From Phormidesmis sp. (GTDB lineage: Bacteria > Cyanobacteriota > Cyanobacteriia > Leptolyngbyales > Leptolyngbyaceae): 64,000 nucleotides of DNA. Below the pieces are notes generated by a model. The model searched no databases, was not told the origin of the DNA, and was given only the letters and a program-made list of their open reading frames with translations. Positions 40,041 to 48,900 of this stretch are shown here, one piece after another. The stretch covers positions 1,984,001 through 2,048,000 of the forward strand of contig CBDFJR010000005.1 in the NCBI GenBank assembly GCA_965248535.1, read 5' to 3'. The stretch's first letter is position 1, and every line of letters begins with the position of its first letter. The position numbers and the translations under genes are program-made.

Positions 40041-41327
40041 TTAAGCGCTGACCACAGCTTGCTGCTTCGCCGCCTTTTTGACGGGCTTTTCTTGAAGCAC
40101 TTGGTGATAGAGCTTGCTGAGTTGAGCCGCGACCCCATTCCAGCTAAAGTGCGCTTCGACTCGCTGCCGACCCGCTTGACCGAGTTGATCGCGCCACGTC
40201 GAGTCAGACAAGATGCGATCGATGGCTCTCGCAAACGCCGCCTCGTCTTTTGCCGGAGCCAATAACCCCGTCTCTTCGGGCACCACCGTAAACTGCAACC
40301 CGCCTACATCACTGGCCACAACAGGAGTGCCGCTTGCCATCGCCTCGATCGCGACTAACCCAAACGGCTCATAGTGGCTAGGCACCACCGCGACATCTGC
40401 CGCCGCATAGTAGAGGTGCAGGTTATCTTCGCCCAACCGACCCGGAAACAGGGTAGTCGCTTGCAGCCCCAGTTCGGCAACAATGCTTTCAATTCGCGAT
40501 CGCTCCAGCCCATCGCTCTGACCCGGACGGCTGCCGCCCCCAATCACTAATTTAAGAGTTCCGTTGCCCCGCAGCGTTGATTGACCCATGGCGCGCACCA
40601 GAGTTTCAATGCCTTTGCGACGATCAAACCGCCCCACATAAAGCACTACCTTGTCTTGCGGAGAGAATCCCAATAGCTGACGGGCCCTGGTTTGAGAAAT
40701 CGAGCCAAATCGACAGATATCTGTGCCGCAGGGGATCACGTCAATATTGCCATGAGTCGAAACCAGCGATCGCATGTGGGCCATCTCTTGAGGGCTGGTG
40801 GCCACGACGCGATCGACGGTTTCAAGACAGGTTTTCTCACTGGCAAGCCGCGTTTTGGCGACTAAAGGAATCGTTGAAATGGACTGGTATTTCACCGCGC
40901 CCAGAGAGTGATAGGTGTGAATCTGCTTAGTTGACTGTAGTTTTTTCAACTCCATGCCAACCCAGCCTGACATCCAATAATGGGTGTGCACTAAATCGTA
41001 TTGGATGCGATTCTCGTCTTGAAAGCGCTGGAACGATCGCACAAACTCCGGCATATAAGGAAACAATTCATCTCTAGGAATGAATGCCTCTGGCCCCGCC
41101 GTCAAGCGAATAGTGCGGCAGTGGCGGCTGTGGTCAACGATTTTAGGCTGTGCAGCATCCGATTGCCGGGTAAACATATCGACCTGCCATCCCTGACGAG
41201 CCAAGGCTTCACCGACTTGGCGCACATAGACATTTTGCCCGCCAGCCTCTTCTTTACCGATTTCAATGGCAGGGTCACCGTGTTCAGAAATGAGTGCAAT
41301 TCTTTGCCTTTGACCTAGAAATAGCAT
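40041..41327 (-). CDS. GT4 glycosyltransferase, unidomain sucrose-phosphate-synthase-like
   Basis: ISEHGDP..EAGGQNVYV, HTHYW, VGRFDRRKG, EPFGLVAIEAM. Confidence 0.82.
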   Translation of the reverse strand: MLFLGQRQRIALISEHGDPAIEIGKEEAGGQNVYVRQVGEALARQGWQVDMFTRQSDAAQPKIVDHSRHCRTIRLTAGPEAFIPRDELFPYMPEFVRSFQRFQDENRIQYDLVHTHYWMSGWVGMELKKLQSTKQIHTYHSLGAVKYQSISTIPLVAKTRLASEKTCLETVDRVVATSPQEMAHMRSLVSTHGNIDVIPCGTDICRFGSISQTRARQLLGFSPQDKVVLYVGRFDRRKGIETLVRAMGQSTLRGNGTLKLVIGGGSRPGQSDGLERSRIESIVAELGLQATTLFPGRLGEDNLHLYYAAADVAVVPSHYEPFGLVAIEAMASGTPVVASDVGGLQFTVVPEETGLLAPAKDEAAFARAIDRILSDSTWRDQLGQAGRQRVEAHFSWNGVAAQLSKLYHQVLQEKPVKKAAKQQAVVSA

Positions 41328-41943
41328 AGTTTGATTTACCAAAATTCAGTGAGTAGAATGGCATTAAAAGCTCGGATCAATCATGTTTGACTGACTTAAT
41401 ATAAGTCTCAAGTTACAGCCGAACTGCGATCGAGCAAATCAGTCATGAGAAAGAAATCTTGAGCGCTTTCAAATGACTCTAAAGATGACAAAGGCTCAAA
41501 GCACCCCACATCCGCCGTAATTTTTGATCACGTTTTGCGGCAAAAAGCCTTTGCCACCAGTCAAACAGATGGCTAACAAACAACCTTATCTATCCTCCCT
41601 TATTGGCTAAACTCCCATTAGATTCATCGACCACAAGCCACACAGAAGCTTGGTTTCAGCCCAAGCCTTGACGTTTCAGGAAACTCAGTAACCAGATGCG
41701 CTCGTTCGCTAAACTAATAAGATTGCTAATTGTGAAGGTCGTTTGGTTAAACAATATCCTACTTGAGCTTATTTTGCAAAATCACTTCGATTAATCAATT
41801 GGTTAAGCTCAGTTAAACCTATTTCAGCGATAAGTTATTTCCCAAAGTTTGGCAAAAAAAGATGTTTGCTAGGTGACAAAAAGCAGCGATCGCCCAAATC
41901 ATCTCCAACTTTTTACAGATTTACTAAATTCAAAAATTGCCGC

Positions 41944-41970
41944 AAAAAATGGGGCAGAGAGATCTGCCCC
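41944..41970 (-). terminator. Intrinsic terminator after sds
   Basis: GGGGCAGA-GAGA-TCTGCCCC hairpin with an A6 tract (U-tract on the minus strand). Confidence 0.8.
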
Positions 41971-41991
41971 AACCCAAAAGAAACGTATGAA

Positions 41992-42960
41992 TTAATACAA
42001 ACGACTCAAAACATAATCAGCTAGTTTGATCAAAGCCTGACGCGACTCAGAGATCGGCAAGTCGGCTAGATGCGCGATCGCTGCCTTGGCGTGGTGAGCA
42101 GCCAGATCCCGCGATCGCTCAATGCCCCGACTGTCTTTGATCAACGCTAACGCCTGCTCTAAGTCACCGTCTTGGGCAAACTCTCGCTCAATCAAGACTT
42201 CTAGATAGGGTTTTTCTTCGAGGGCATAGAGAACGGGAGCCGTTAAATTGCCACTTTTGAGATCAGACCCCGCAGGTTTACCTAGGCTATCGGTCGAGCC
42301 TGTAAAATCTAAAATGTCGTCCACAATCTGAAACGCCAGCCCAAAATCGCGACCATAGCCATAGAGTTGCTGCGTCTGGGCTTCGGGTAAGTCACTGAGC
42401 ACAGCTGCCGCTTTGGCACTGTTGGCGATTAGAGAAGCCGTTTTGTAATAGCTTTTTTCAAGATAAGCCTCGATCGACGTGATAGAAAACCGATTTAGCC
42501 CTTGCTGAATCTCGCCTTCTGCAAAATCTTTGATCACTTCTGACAAAAGCTTGACCACCTGCAAATTGTCAAGATTAGCCAGATACCAAGACGATTGAGC
42601 AAATAAGAAATCTCCTGCCAGCACCGCAACTCGGCTACCAAAGTTGCTGTGGACGGTCGGAATCCCCCGGCGGACTTCTGACTCGTCTACGACATCATCA
42701 TGCACGAGGCTGGCTGTGTGAATCATCTCAGTGATTTCAGCGAGTCGTCGATGGCGTTCAGTCATGCCTTGATTGGGCATCGTTGCCCGTGCCACCAGGA
42801 AAACGATCGCGGGGCGCACCCGTTTCCCCCTGGCTCCAAAAAGGTGTTCTGCGGCAGCATAGAGGATCGGATGACGAGCACCAATTAACTGTTTGAGGTT
42901 CTCCGTCAGCACACAGAGGTCTGCTTCAACCGGGGAGAATAGGGAGGTTGCTGAGGTCAT
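41992..42960 (-). CDS. sds: Solanesyl diphosphate synthase
   Basis: GKRVRP, HDDVVD, QIVDDILD. Confidence 0.93.
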   Translation of the reverse strand: MTSATSLFSPVEADLCVLTENLKQLIGARHPILYAAAEHLFGARGKRVRPAIVFLVARATMPNQGMTERHRRLAEITEMIHTASLVHDDVVDESEVRRGIPTVHSNFGSRVAVLAGDFLFAQSSWYLANLDNLQVVKLLSEVIKDFAEGEIQQGLNRFSITSIEAYLEKSYYKTASLIANSAKAAAVLSDLPEAQTQQLYGYGRDFGLAFQIVDDILDFTGSTDSLGKPAGSDLKSGNLTAPVLYALEEKPYLEVLIEREFAQDGDLEQALALIKDSRGIERSRDLAAHHAKAAIAHLADLPISESRQALIKLADYVLSRLY

Positions 42961-43625
42961 GAATAAGCCAGCGAAGGGGCGACATGGTTAAGAAACTTTA
43001 CAAGTCCTGACTTTATTTTAAGATAAGCACTGGATTCGTGGAATATCAAGGCAGAAAAAGTTTGAGAGATCCCGGTTCAATCAACAGACAGAGTGAATTA
43101 GACACCTATGAAGCGGATCACACTCCCTGAAATTTAGTTCAAATTTATTCGTGGGCAGGGTGAGTTTTGCGGGTCAAGTTTTGTTGGGGGTTTATTTTTT
43201 GAGAAATTTCTGGAATGTAGTCCCTCTCTGGCTTATGGAATCGCGAAACTTCAGAAAACGGCTTTAAGAAAGTACCCAAGTTGACAAATTGCTGTGTTAT
43301 GCTATCAGGTAAGCATTTCAAAAATTTCATACGCTTACTGCGATCGAAACCCTAGAGAGTTCCCGATGTCAGAGATGATTTAAGCTAATCGATCTCTCCT
43401 GACAGCGTTTGACCCTGAAAGTTTCAAGGTTTGACTGCCTAGGTCTAGAAAGTTGACTCTTGGTAGTCAGCCATTTTCTGTATTAAGCCGCGAAGTCGAG
43501 ATTCGTTTTGATGCGTTGCACTGACAGCGGGCCGATCGCGCACTGAGCGATCGGTGAATTTTTCGATGCCCCAATCCACCCCATTCGTTCCGATTCACAC
43601 GTTTATCTAGCGCCTCGATCGACCT

Positions 43626-43769
43626 ATGTTTTACCGTGATATTCCGCTCATTATTCCGGTGTTAGCTTCGGGCTATTTGCTAATTGTTTATTTGCTGCTA
43701 GCGCTGGCGCGACGCAGTGCCCCTGAGTCACATTTTGCATCGCGAGGGTCTCAAGGGTCACGCGATTAG
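43626..43769 (+). CDS. Small single-TM protein (47 aa), below the ORF-track cutoff
   Basis: MFYRDIPLIIPVLASGYLLIVYLLLALARRSAPESHFASRGSQGSRD*; hydrophobic helix followed by RR. Confidence 0.55.
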   Translation: MFYRDIPLIIPVLASGYLLIVYLLLALARRSAPESHFASRGSQGSRD

Positions 43770-43787
43770 TGCGTTGAGGCGAGCGGA

Positions 43788-43981
43788 CTAGTAGTTCACC
43801 AATTCAACTTTGACTAGTACAAATCTTTGGCGATGATGCGATAGTCTTGGGCTTCCGACCCTTGGGGGCACGCCCCCAAACCCCCATTGGGGGACGGTTG
43901 CCTCCCCCAAACCCCCTGCAAACGAGATCTTGGTTAGGTGGTTTGATATGACTTTTCAGAGTTAGTTTGGCGGACTACTAG
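43788..43981. mobile_element. MITE-like element (~194 bp), possibly IS630-derived
   Basis: Imperfect 26-bp TIRs CTAGTAGTTCACCAATTCAACTTTGA / revcomp CTAGTAGTCCGCCAAACTAACTCTGA; CTAG at both ends; internal GGGGGCACGCCCCC and CCCCCATTGGGGG hairpins. Confidence 0.72.
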
Positions 43982-44991
43982 AGATGATCTGATTTTTCGA
44001 TCACTTCTCTGACTCGATAGATGGGTCTGCCCTGCGACTCGTGATAGGTTCTCATTGACAACTCAGCCAACAGCCCAAAGCTAAATAGCTGTAGCCCCGA
44101 CAAAACCAGCAAAACCGCCAAGATCAAGAGGGGACGTTGCCCAATGGTCTCCCCAAAGGCGAGTTTGACATAGGCTAAATAGAGACCTAGGGCGGTGCCT
44201 GAAATCAGTGCCAGCAGACCAAACCAGCCAAATACGTGCATGGGGCGAGTTAAAAACTTTCGCATGAAGAAGATCGTCAACAGATCCATAATCACGCGGA
44301 AGGTGCGGTCTAACCCATATTTGCTTTGCCCAAAGCGCCGAGCGTGATGGCGCACCGGAATCTCGGTGATTCTTGCGCCTTCAATAAAGGCCAAGGCGGG
44401 CAGAAATCGGTGCAACTCTCCGTAGAGATTCATGTCGGCAACCAGTTCGGCCCGGTAAGCTTTGAGTGAGCAGCCATAGTCATGAACGCGCACTCCGGTG
44501 ACCCGCGCAATGAGCCAATTGGCAATCTTAGAGGGCAAAACTCTCGTGAGAGACGCATCTTGCCGATTTTTGCGCCAACCGCTCACTAAGTCATAGCCCT
44601 CTTCAAGCTTTGCCATCAAAATCGGAATGTCTGCGGGGTCGTTTTGTAGGTCGCCGTCTAGGGTGATGATGATCTTGCCTGTGGCGTGGCCAAACCCGGC
44701 GGCGATCGCCGCTGTCTGTCCATAGTTACGGCGCAAAATCACGGCTCGTAGATCGGTGCGCGTTTGAGCCTGCTGTTTGAGCAGGGCATCAGAGCCATCT
44801 TGAGAGCCGTCGTCAACACAGATGATTTCGTAGTGAATCTGCTCGGCGATTAGACTGGCGGCGATCGCCTCTAACAAGAGAGGAATGCTCTCAACTTCGT
44901 TGTAGATGGGCACCACTACCGAGAGGTCTGGCGCTTGAGAAAGCCCGCGATCGGGGGCTGCTTGAATTCGGTTGGTCAGAGAGAGATTCAT
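43978..44991 (-). CDS. GT2 polyprenol-phosphate glycosyltransferase (ArnC/DPM1-like)
   Basis: VVPIYNE, DDGSQD, DGDLQND; two C-terminal TMs. Start uncertain. Confidence 0.9.
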   Translation of the reverse strand: MNLSLTNRIQAAPDRGLSQAPDLSVVVPIYNEVESIPLLLEAIAASLIAEQIHYEIICVDDGSQDGSDALLKQQAQTRTDLRAVILRRNYGQTAAIAAGFGHATGKIIITLDGDLQNDPADIPILMAKLEEGYDLVSGWRKNRQDASLTRVLPSKIANWLIARVTGVRVHDYGCSLKAYRAELVADMNLYGELHRFLPALAFIEGARITEIPVRHHARRFGQSKYGLDRTFRVIMDLLTIFFMRKFLTRPMHVFGWFGLLALISGTALGLYLAYVKLAFGETIGQRPLLILAVLLVLSGLQLFSFGLLAELSMRTYHESQGRPIYRVREVIEKSDHL

Positions 44992-45183
44992 GCGTGGCGC
45001 GGCTCTAGAGATGCAGAACAGAAGAGAGCGATCAATCACTCAAACTTGAAGAGTCTAGCTTATCAGAAAGATCGCTTTGCAGAAGTCTCACGTCCGATCG
45101 GGCTGCTGACTCTGACCGCTCCCTGACGGATCTGGAATGTTCATCGAGTCTGCAATAATGTGGCCATCCGCTTGGAAAGGTTC

Positions 45184-45681
45184 ATGATCTCTAAAATTAG
45201 TTCGAGTCTCATAGTCGTGGGGCTGTTGAGTTACGGCACGATCGAGACTCCGTTAGCTCAGGCTGCGCCCCCGATCGCTCCATCCGTTGTCAAACCTAGC
45301 AACGTTCCCCCCGAAGCCGTATTGAACAAATTCTATGGTTATTTGCAGCAATATAAACTCTGGCTGGGCGACGATCGGGGCGCTTGTTCCTATGAGGTCG
45401 ATCCCGCCGGGGTGAAAAAGGACGGCAGCGATCGCTTCTTTCTAGCCAAAGTTTCGCGGGGTCGAGAGGGCACTGCCTGCCGAGGAGTCTTGGCCTTTGA
45501 GATCATGCAGGTAGATTGCAAAACCAAAACCCTCTATCAGTTTGTGCGCGAACAAAAGGAAGATATGCGGTTTGCCGGATGGGAGCGCTATGAGATGACG
45601 TTACATAATCCCAGCGATCGAGCAAGTAGCCCCACCAAAAATCAATCGGCTGAGGCGGTCAAAGCGATCTGCGCGCTGTAG
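45184..45681 (+). CDS. Exported hypothetical protein
   Basis: Signal peptide ending AQA; four Cys; no recognised family. Confidence 0.7.
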   Translation: MISKISSSLIVVGLLSYGTIETPLAQAAPPIAPSVVKPSNVPPEAVLNKFYGYLQQYKLWLGDDRGACSYEVDPAGVKKDGSDRFFLAKVSRGREGTACRGVLAFEIMQVDCKTKTLYQFVREQKEDMRFAGWERYEMTLHNPSDRASSPTKNQSAEAVKAICAL

Positions 45682-45823
45682 CTGTTGGAGTCATCTCAAA
45701 CCGTTTTTGGCTGGCGAACTTTGGCGGCGATCGTATCCCCGCAAAGATTTCTTGTGGCTTTTTGCAATTTGTCGTACCATTCTGGAAACTCTTCCTAACC
45801 CCAATAAAACGGTCTTTGGTGTG

Positions 45824-46351
45824 ATGACCCATCCTGAATCCGTCAATTCTCAGACTGAAATTGACCCAGGCACCCCTCCGCCAATTTCGCCAGAAGTTTC
45901 AGAACCTGAACTGCGCCCTTGGGATGTCGGCGAGGCCGTCGTAGCGCTGCAAGAGTTGCTCAACGCCCACGGGTTTAGGCTCAGAGTAGACGGCGCATTT
46001 AACAGCCGCACCGAAGAAGCCGTCAGAGCTTACCAGTTTAAATATCGGCTGAGATTAGATTGCACCATTGATGCTAAAACCTGGGCGATGTTGAAGAGCA
46101 CTATTCAACCGGGCGCTCGGCTGCTGAGAGAAGGGTTGGCAGGGGCAGATGTCTACGAGCTTCAGGGATTGCTCAACGTCAACGGCTATCGCGTTCAGCG
46201 CCACGGCATTTTTGACGATGAAACGCGCAAGTGCGTTATTGCCTTTCAGCAACGGCACAAGCTGAGGGCAAATGGCAAAGTCGGAACCATTACCTGGACG
46301 CTGCTGCGAGGTAAGCCGCTGCCCCCACCTAAGCAACCCAACTGGGTTTGA
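45824..46351 (+). CDS. Tandem peptidoglycan-binding (PG_binding_1) protein
   Basis: Two LQ.LL...G.F...T..AV.AFQ....L...G.V...TW repeats. Confidence 0.88.
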   Translation: MTHPESVNSQTEIDPGTPPPISPEVSEPELRPWDVGEAVVALQELLNAHGFRLRVDGAFNSRTEEAVRAYQFKYRLRLDCTIDAKTWAMLKSTIQPGARLLREGLAGADVYELQGLLNVNGYRVQRHGIFDDETRKCVIAFQQRHKLRANGKVGTITWTLLRGKPLPPPKQPNWV

Positions 46352-46357
46352 AGTCAA

Positions 46358-47848
46358 TCACTTGTCAATAAATACCCAAGCTTCACTCCAATCGTCGGGG
46401 ATGCCTTGCTCGATCAGAGATTCGACTCGTTCTAGATAGAGTTTTGCAGTTTTATCAGCCGGGTGAATGGCTAACACCTGCTCAAAACAAAGTTTGGCAT
46501 CGTTGATATCGCGATCGCGATAGCATTGAACGCCGCGATCGAAGTCAGGCTGAGTTTTTAGCTTCAGCGATCGCACCTCTTCAACTTCTGCATCCAAGAC
46601 TTCATAGACTGAGATTGCCTCATTGCGTCCTTTGACGATCGCCCGATCTAAAAAGCGAATCTGGTAGCGATCGGGGTTGCTGAGATGCTCTAGGGTTTGA
46701 CCCGAAATGATCATGGCAACGCCATAAAACTTGGTCAACCCCTCTAGCCGCGAGGTCAAATTGACGTTATCTGAAAACGCATCGCCCTGAATGCGGTTCG
46801 CTTCGCCGACCATGCCTAACATCATCTGCCCAACGTGAATGCCAATGCCCACCTGCACGGGCAAATTACCCCTCGCTGTGCGCTGCTGGTTATATTCTTG
46901 CACTCGCTTTTGCTTGGCCACTCCTGCGGCCACCGCATCATCGGCCCCATCAGGAAACACCGCCATCATGCCGTCACCCAAAAATTTGACGATGATGCCA
47001 TAGTGATTGCGAATCTCTGGGCTGACCCGCTTGAGGTAGGCATTGACAAAATCAAAATTTTCTCGCGGGGTCATCGTTTCTGACATGGTGGTGAACGATC
47101 GAATGTCGCTAAACATCACCGCCATCATTTTGCTAACATAATCGCCTAACTGCACCTCAGTCACGCTGTCTTTGCGAAGAAATTTGAGATATTCACCCGG
47201 AAAAAATCGCGCAAAAGAGTCATTTAATCGCTTTAATTCCTGTTCGCGAGTTTTCACCGTTTTGACCATTTGAGTAAACACGCGGGCGAGTTGTCCTAGC
47301 TCATCAGGACGATCGACGACATCACTCAAGCTCTCCGCCACAAAGGTGTCTTGCTCAACTGTCACCGCCGCATTGGTCAATTTATCCACCTGTTGAATAT
47401 AGAGCGCCTGGCGCTGGTTTTCGTCGCGCAGCATTGCCTCGGCTTCTTGGCGCTTGAGCAGATTGGTATAGGCTTTGGAGTGATAGCGAATGCGGGCGAG
47501 AAGCTCAACCCGATCGGGCAACTTGACCAGATAATCATTGGCTCCTAGCTCAAACGCTTGAGCTTTGATCACAGGCTCTTCTTTGCTCGACAGCACGATT
47601 AGCGGAATGTGATAGGTGGGGGCATCGTGCGATCGTAAAAACCGCACCAGCAGCAGCCCATCCATCTGGGGCATGACGAGATCTTGCAAAATCACCGTGG
47701 GCTGACACTCTCTAGCGATTTTGAGGGCTTGAGTGGGGTCGCTGCAATAGTGAAAGGTAATATCCGGTTCAGACCCTAGCATTCGCCGCACGGCTTCCCC
47801 GATCATGGATTGATCGTCAATCAGCAACACCGTGATCGCATCGTTCAT
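46358..47848 (-). CDS. WspR-like receiver + HAMP + class III adenylate cyclase + TPR
   Basis: REC DDQSMIGEAVRR..LQDLVMP..DYLVKLPD..RIRYHS; HAMP DELGQLARVF; cyclase FSDIRSFT, KFLGDG, GDAFSDNVNLTSRLE. Confidence 0.93.
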   Translation of the reverse strand: MNDAITVLLIDDQSMIGEAVRRMLGSEPDITFHYCSDPTQALKIARECQPTVILQDLVMPQMDGLLLVRFLRSHDAPTYHIPLIVLSSKEEPVIKAQAFELGANDYLVKLPDRVELLARIRYHSKAYTNLLKRQEAEAMLRDENQRQALYIQQVDKLTNAAVTVEQDTFVAESLSDVVDRPDELGQLARVFTQMVKTVKTREQELKRLNDSFARFFPGEYLKFLRKDSVTEVQLGDYVSKMMAVMFSDIRSFTTMSETMTPRENFDFVNAYLKRVSPEIRNHYGIIVKFLGDGMMAVFPDGADDAVAAGVAKQKRVQEYNQQRTARGNLPVQVGIGIHVGQMMLGMVGEANRIQGDAFSDNVNLTSRLEGLTKFYGVAMIISGQTLEHLSNPDRYQIRFLDRAIVKGRNEAISVYEVLDAEVEEVRSLKLKTQPDFDRGVQCYRDRDINDAKLCFEQVLAIHPADKTAKLYLERVESLIEQGIPDDWSEAWVFIDK

Positions 47849-47873
47849 GGCAAACCCGACAAGAGAATCCCGA

Positions 47874-48899
47874 TTAACGCCTGATGGCGGTGCGGTTTGT
47901 CAGCGTGGCGGCGATCGCTTCTGGGTTCAGCACTTCAACCGCCGCGTTTAGTTCAGCCGCCGCTCTAGGCATCCCATACACCGCGCAGCTTTCTTGGTCT
48001 TGAGCGATCGTGTGCCAGCCCAGATCTCTAAGCGATCGTAGCCCTTCGGCCCCATCTCGCCCCATGCCTGTCAGCAGCACGGCCGTGCCTTGAGTCGCCC
48101 AATAGTGAGCCACACTCTTAAAAAATACGTCGATCGACGGCCGATAGGGATAGTCAACAGGTTCTCTAACATAGTTCAGCGTTTGGTTAGACTGCAAACA
48201 GAGATGATCATTGGTGCAGGCTACCAAAACCACGCCCTTTTGAGGACGATCGCCCACTGCGGCTTTCTTGACGGTGAGGGGTGTTAGTTGATTAAGCCAG
48301 TCCACCATGCCGCCCGCAAACTGAGCATCGACGTGTTGAACGATGACGATCGCGGCTTCTAGATTGGCAGGCAAGCGAGACAAAATAATCGACAGCGCTT
48401 TGGGCCCGCCCGTCGAAGACCCGATCGCGATCAGAGGCAGTGACGATGACGAGGGCAGCGGCACCGTGGGAAGGCGCAGCGGAGTCGATAGCGACGGATT
48501 GGGCTTGCCCGCGATTTTAGCAATCATGGCAATTTTGCCAAGGAGAGCCAGAGCGCCTCCGGGAGTGCCCTGATCGCCCAAAACAGGAGTGTTGACGGCA
48601 TCAAGCGCGCCATAGCCCATCGCCTCAAAGACTTTTGCCGAGTTTTGCTCAATGCTCACCGTCACAATCAAAATCGCGCAGGGTGAGCGTTTCATAATTT
48701 GCCGAGTCGCCTCGACCCCATCCATCACGGGCATGATCAGATCCATCAAAATCAGGTCGGGGGTGTTTTTGGCACATTTGTCTACTGCCTCGGCCCCGTC
48801 TTTGGCGATCCACACAATCTGATGGTCAGCGATCGTCAACACCACTCGTCGCAGCGCCTCGATCGCGATAAACCTATCGTTAACGATTGCGATTTTCAT
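47874..48899 (-). CDS. cheB: Chemotaxis methylesterase CheB (WspF-like)
   Basis: [11 protein letters not shown]; catalytic GSSTGG, QH, GMGRDG. Confidence 0.94.
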   Translation of the reverse strand: MKIAIVNDRFIAIEALRRVVLTIADHQIVWIAKDGAEAVDKCAKNTPDLILMDLIMPVMDGVEATRQIMKRSPCAILIVTVSIEQNSAKVFEAMGYGALDAVNTPVLGDQGTPGGALALLGKIAMIAKIAGKPNPSLSTPLRLPTVPLPSSSSLPLIAIGSSTGGPKALSIILSRLPANLEAAIVIVQHVDAQFAGGMVDWLNQLTPLTVKKAAVGDRPQKGVVLVACTNDHLCLQSNQTLNYVREPVDYPYRPSIDVFFKSVAHYWATQGTAVLLTGMGRDGAEGLRSLRDLGWHTIAQDQESCAVYGMPRAAAELNAAVEVLNPEAIAATLTNRTAIRR

Positions 48900-48900
48900 A

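Noticed and set aside
43107..43122. TATGA-N6-TCACA CRP-like site upstream of sds
   Set aside because: One core mismatch, GC-rich spacer and poor flanks; indistinguishable from chance.
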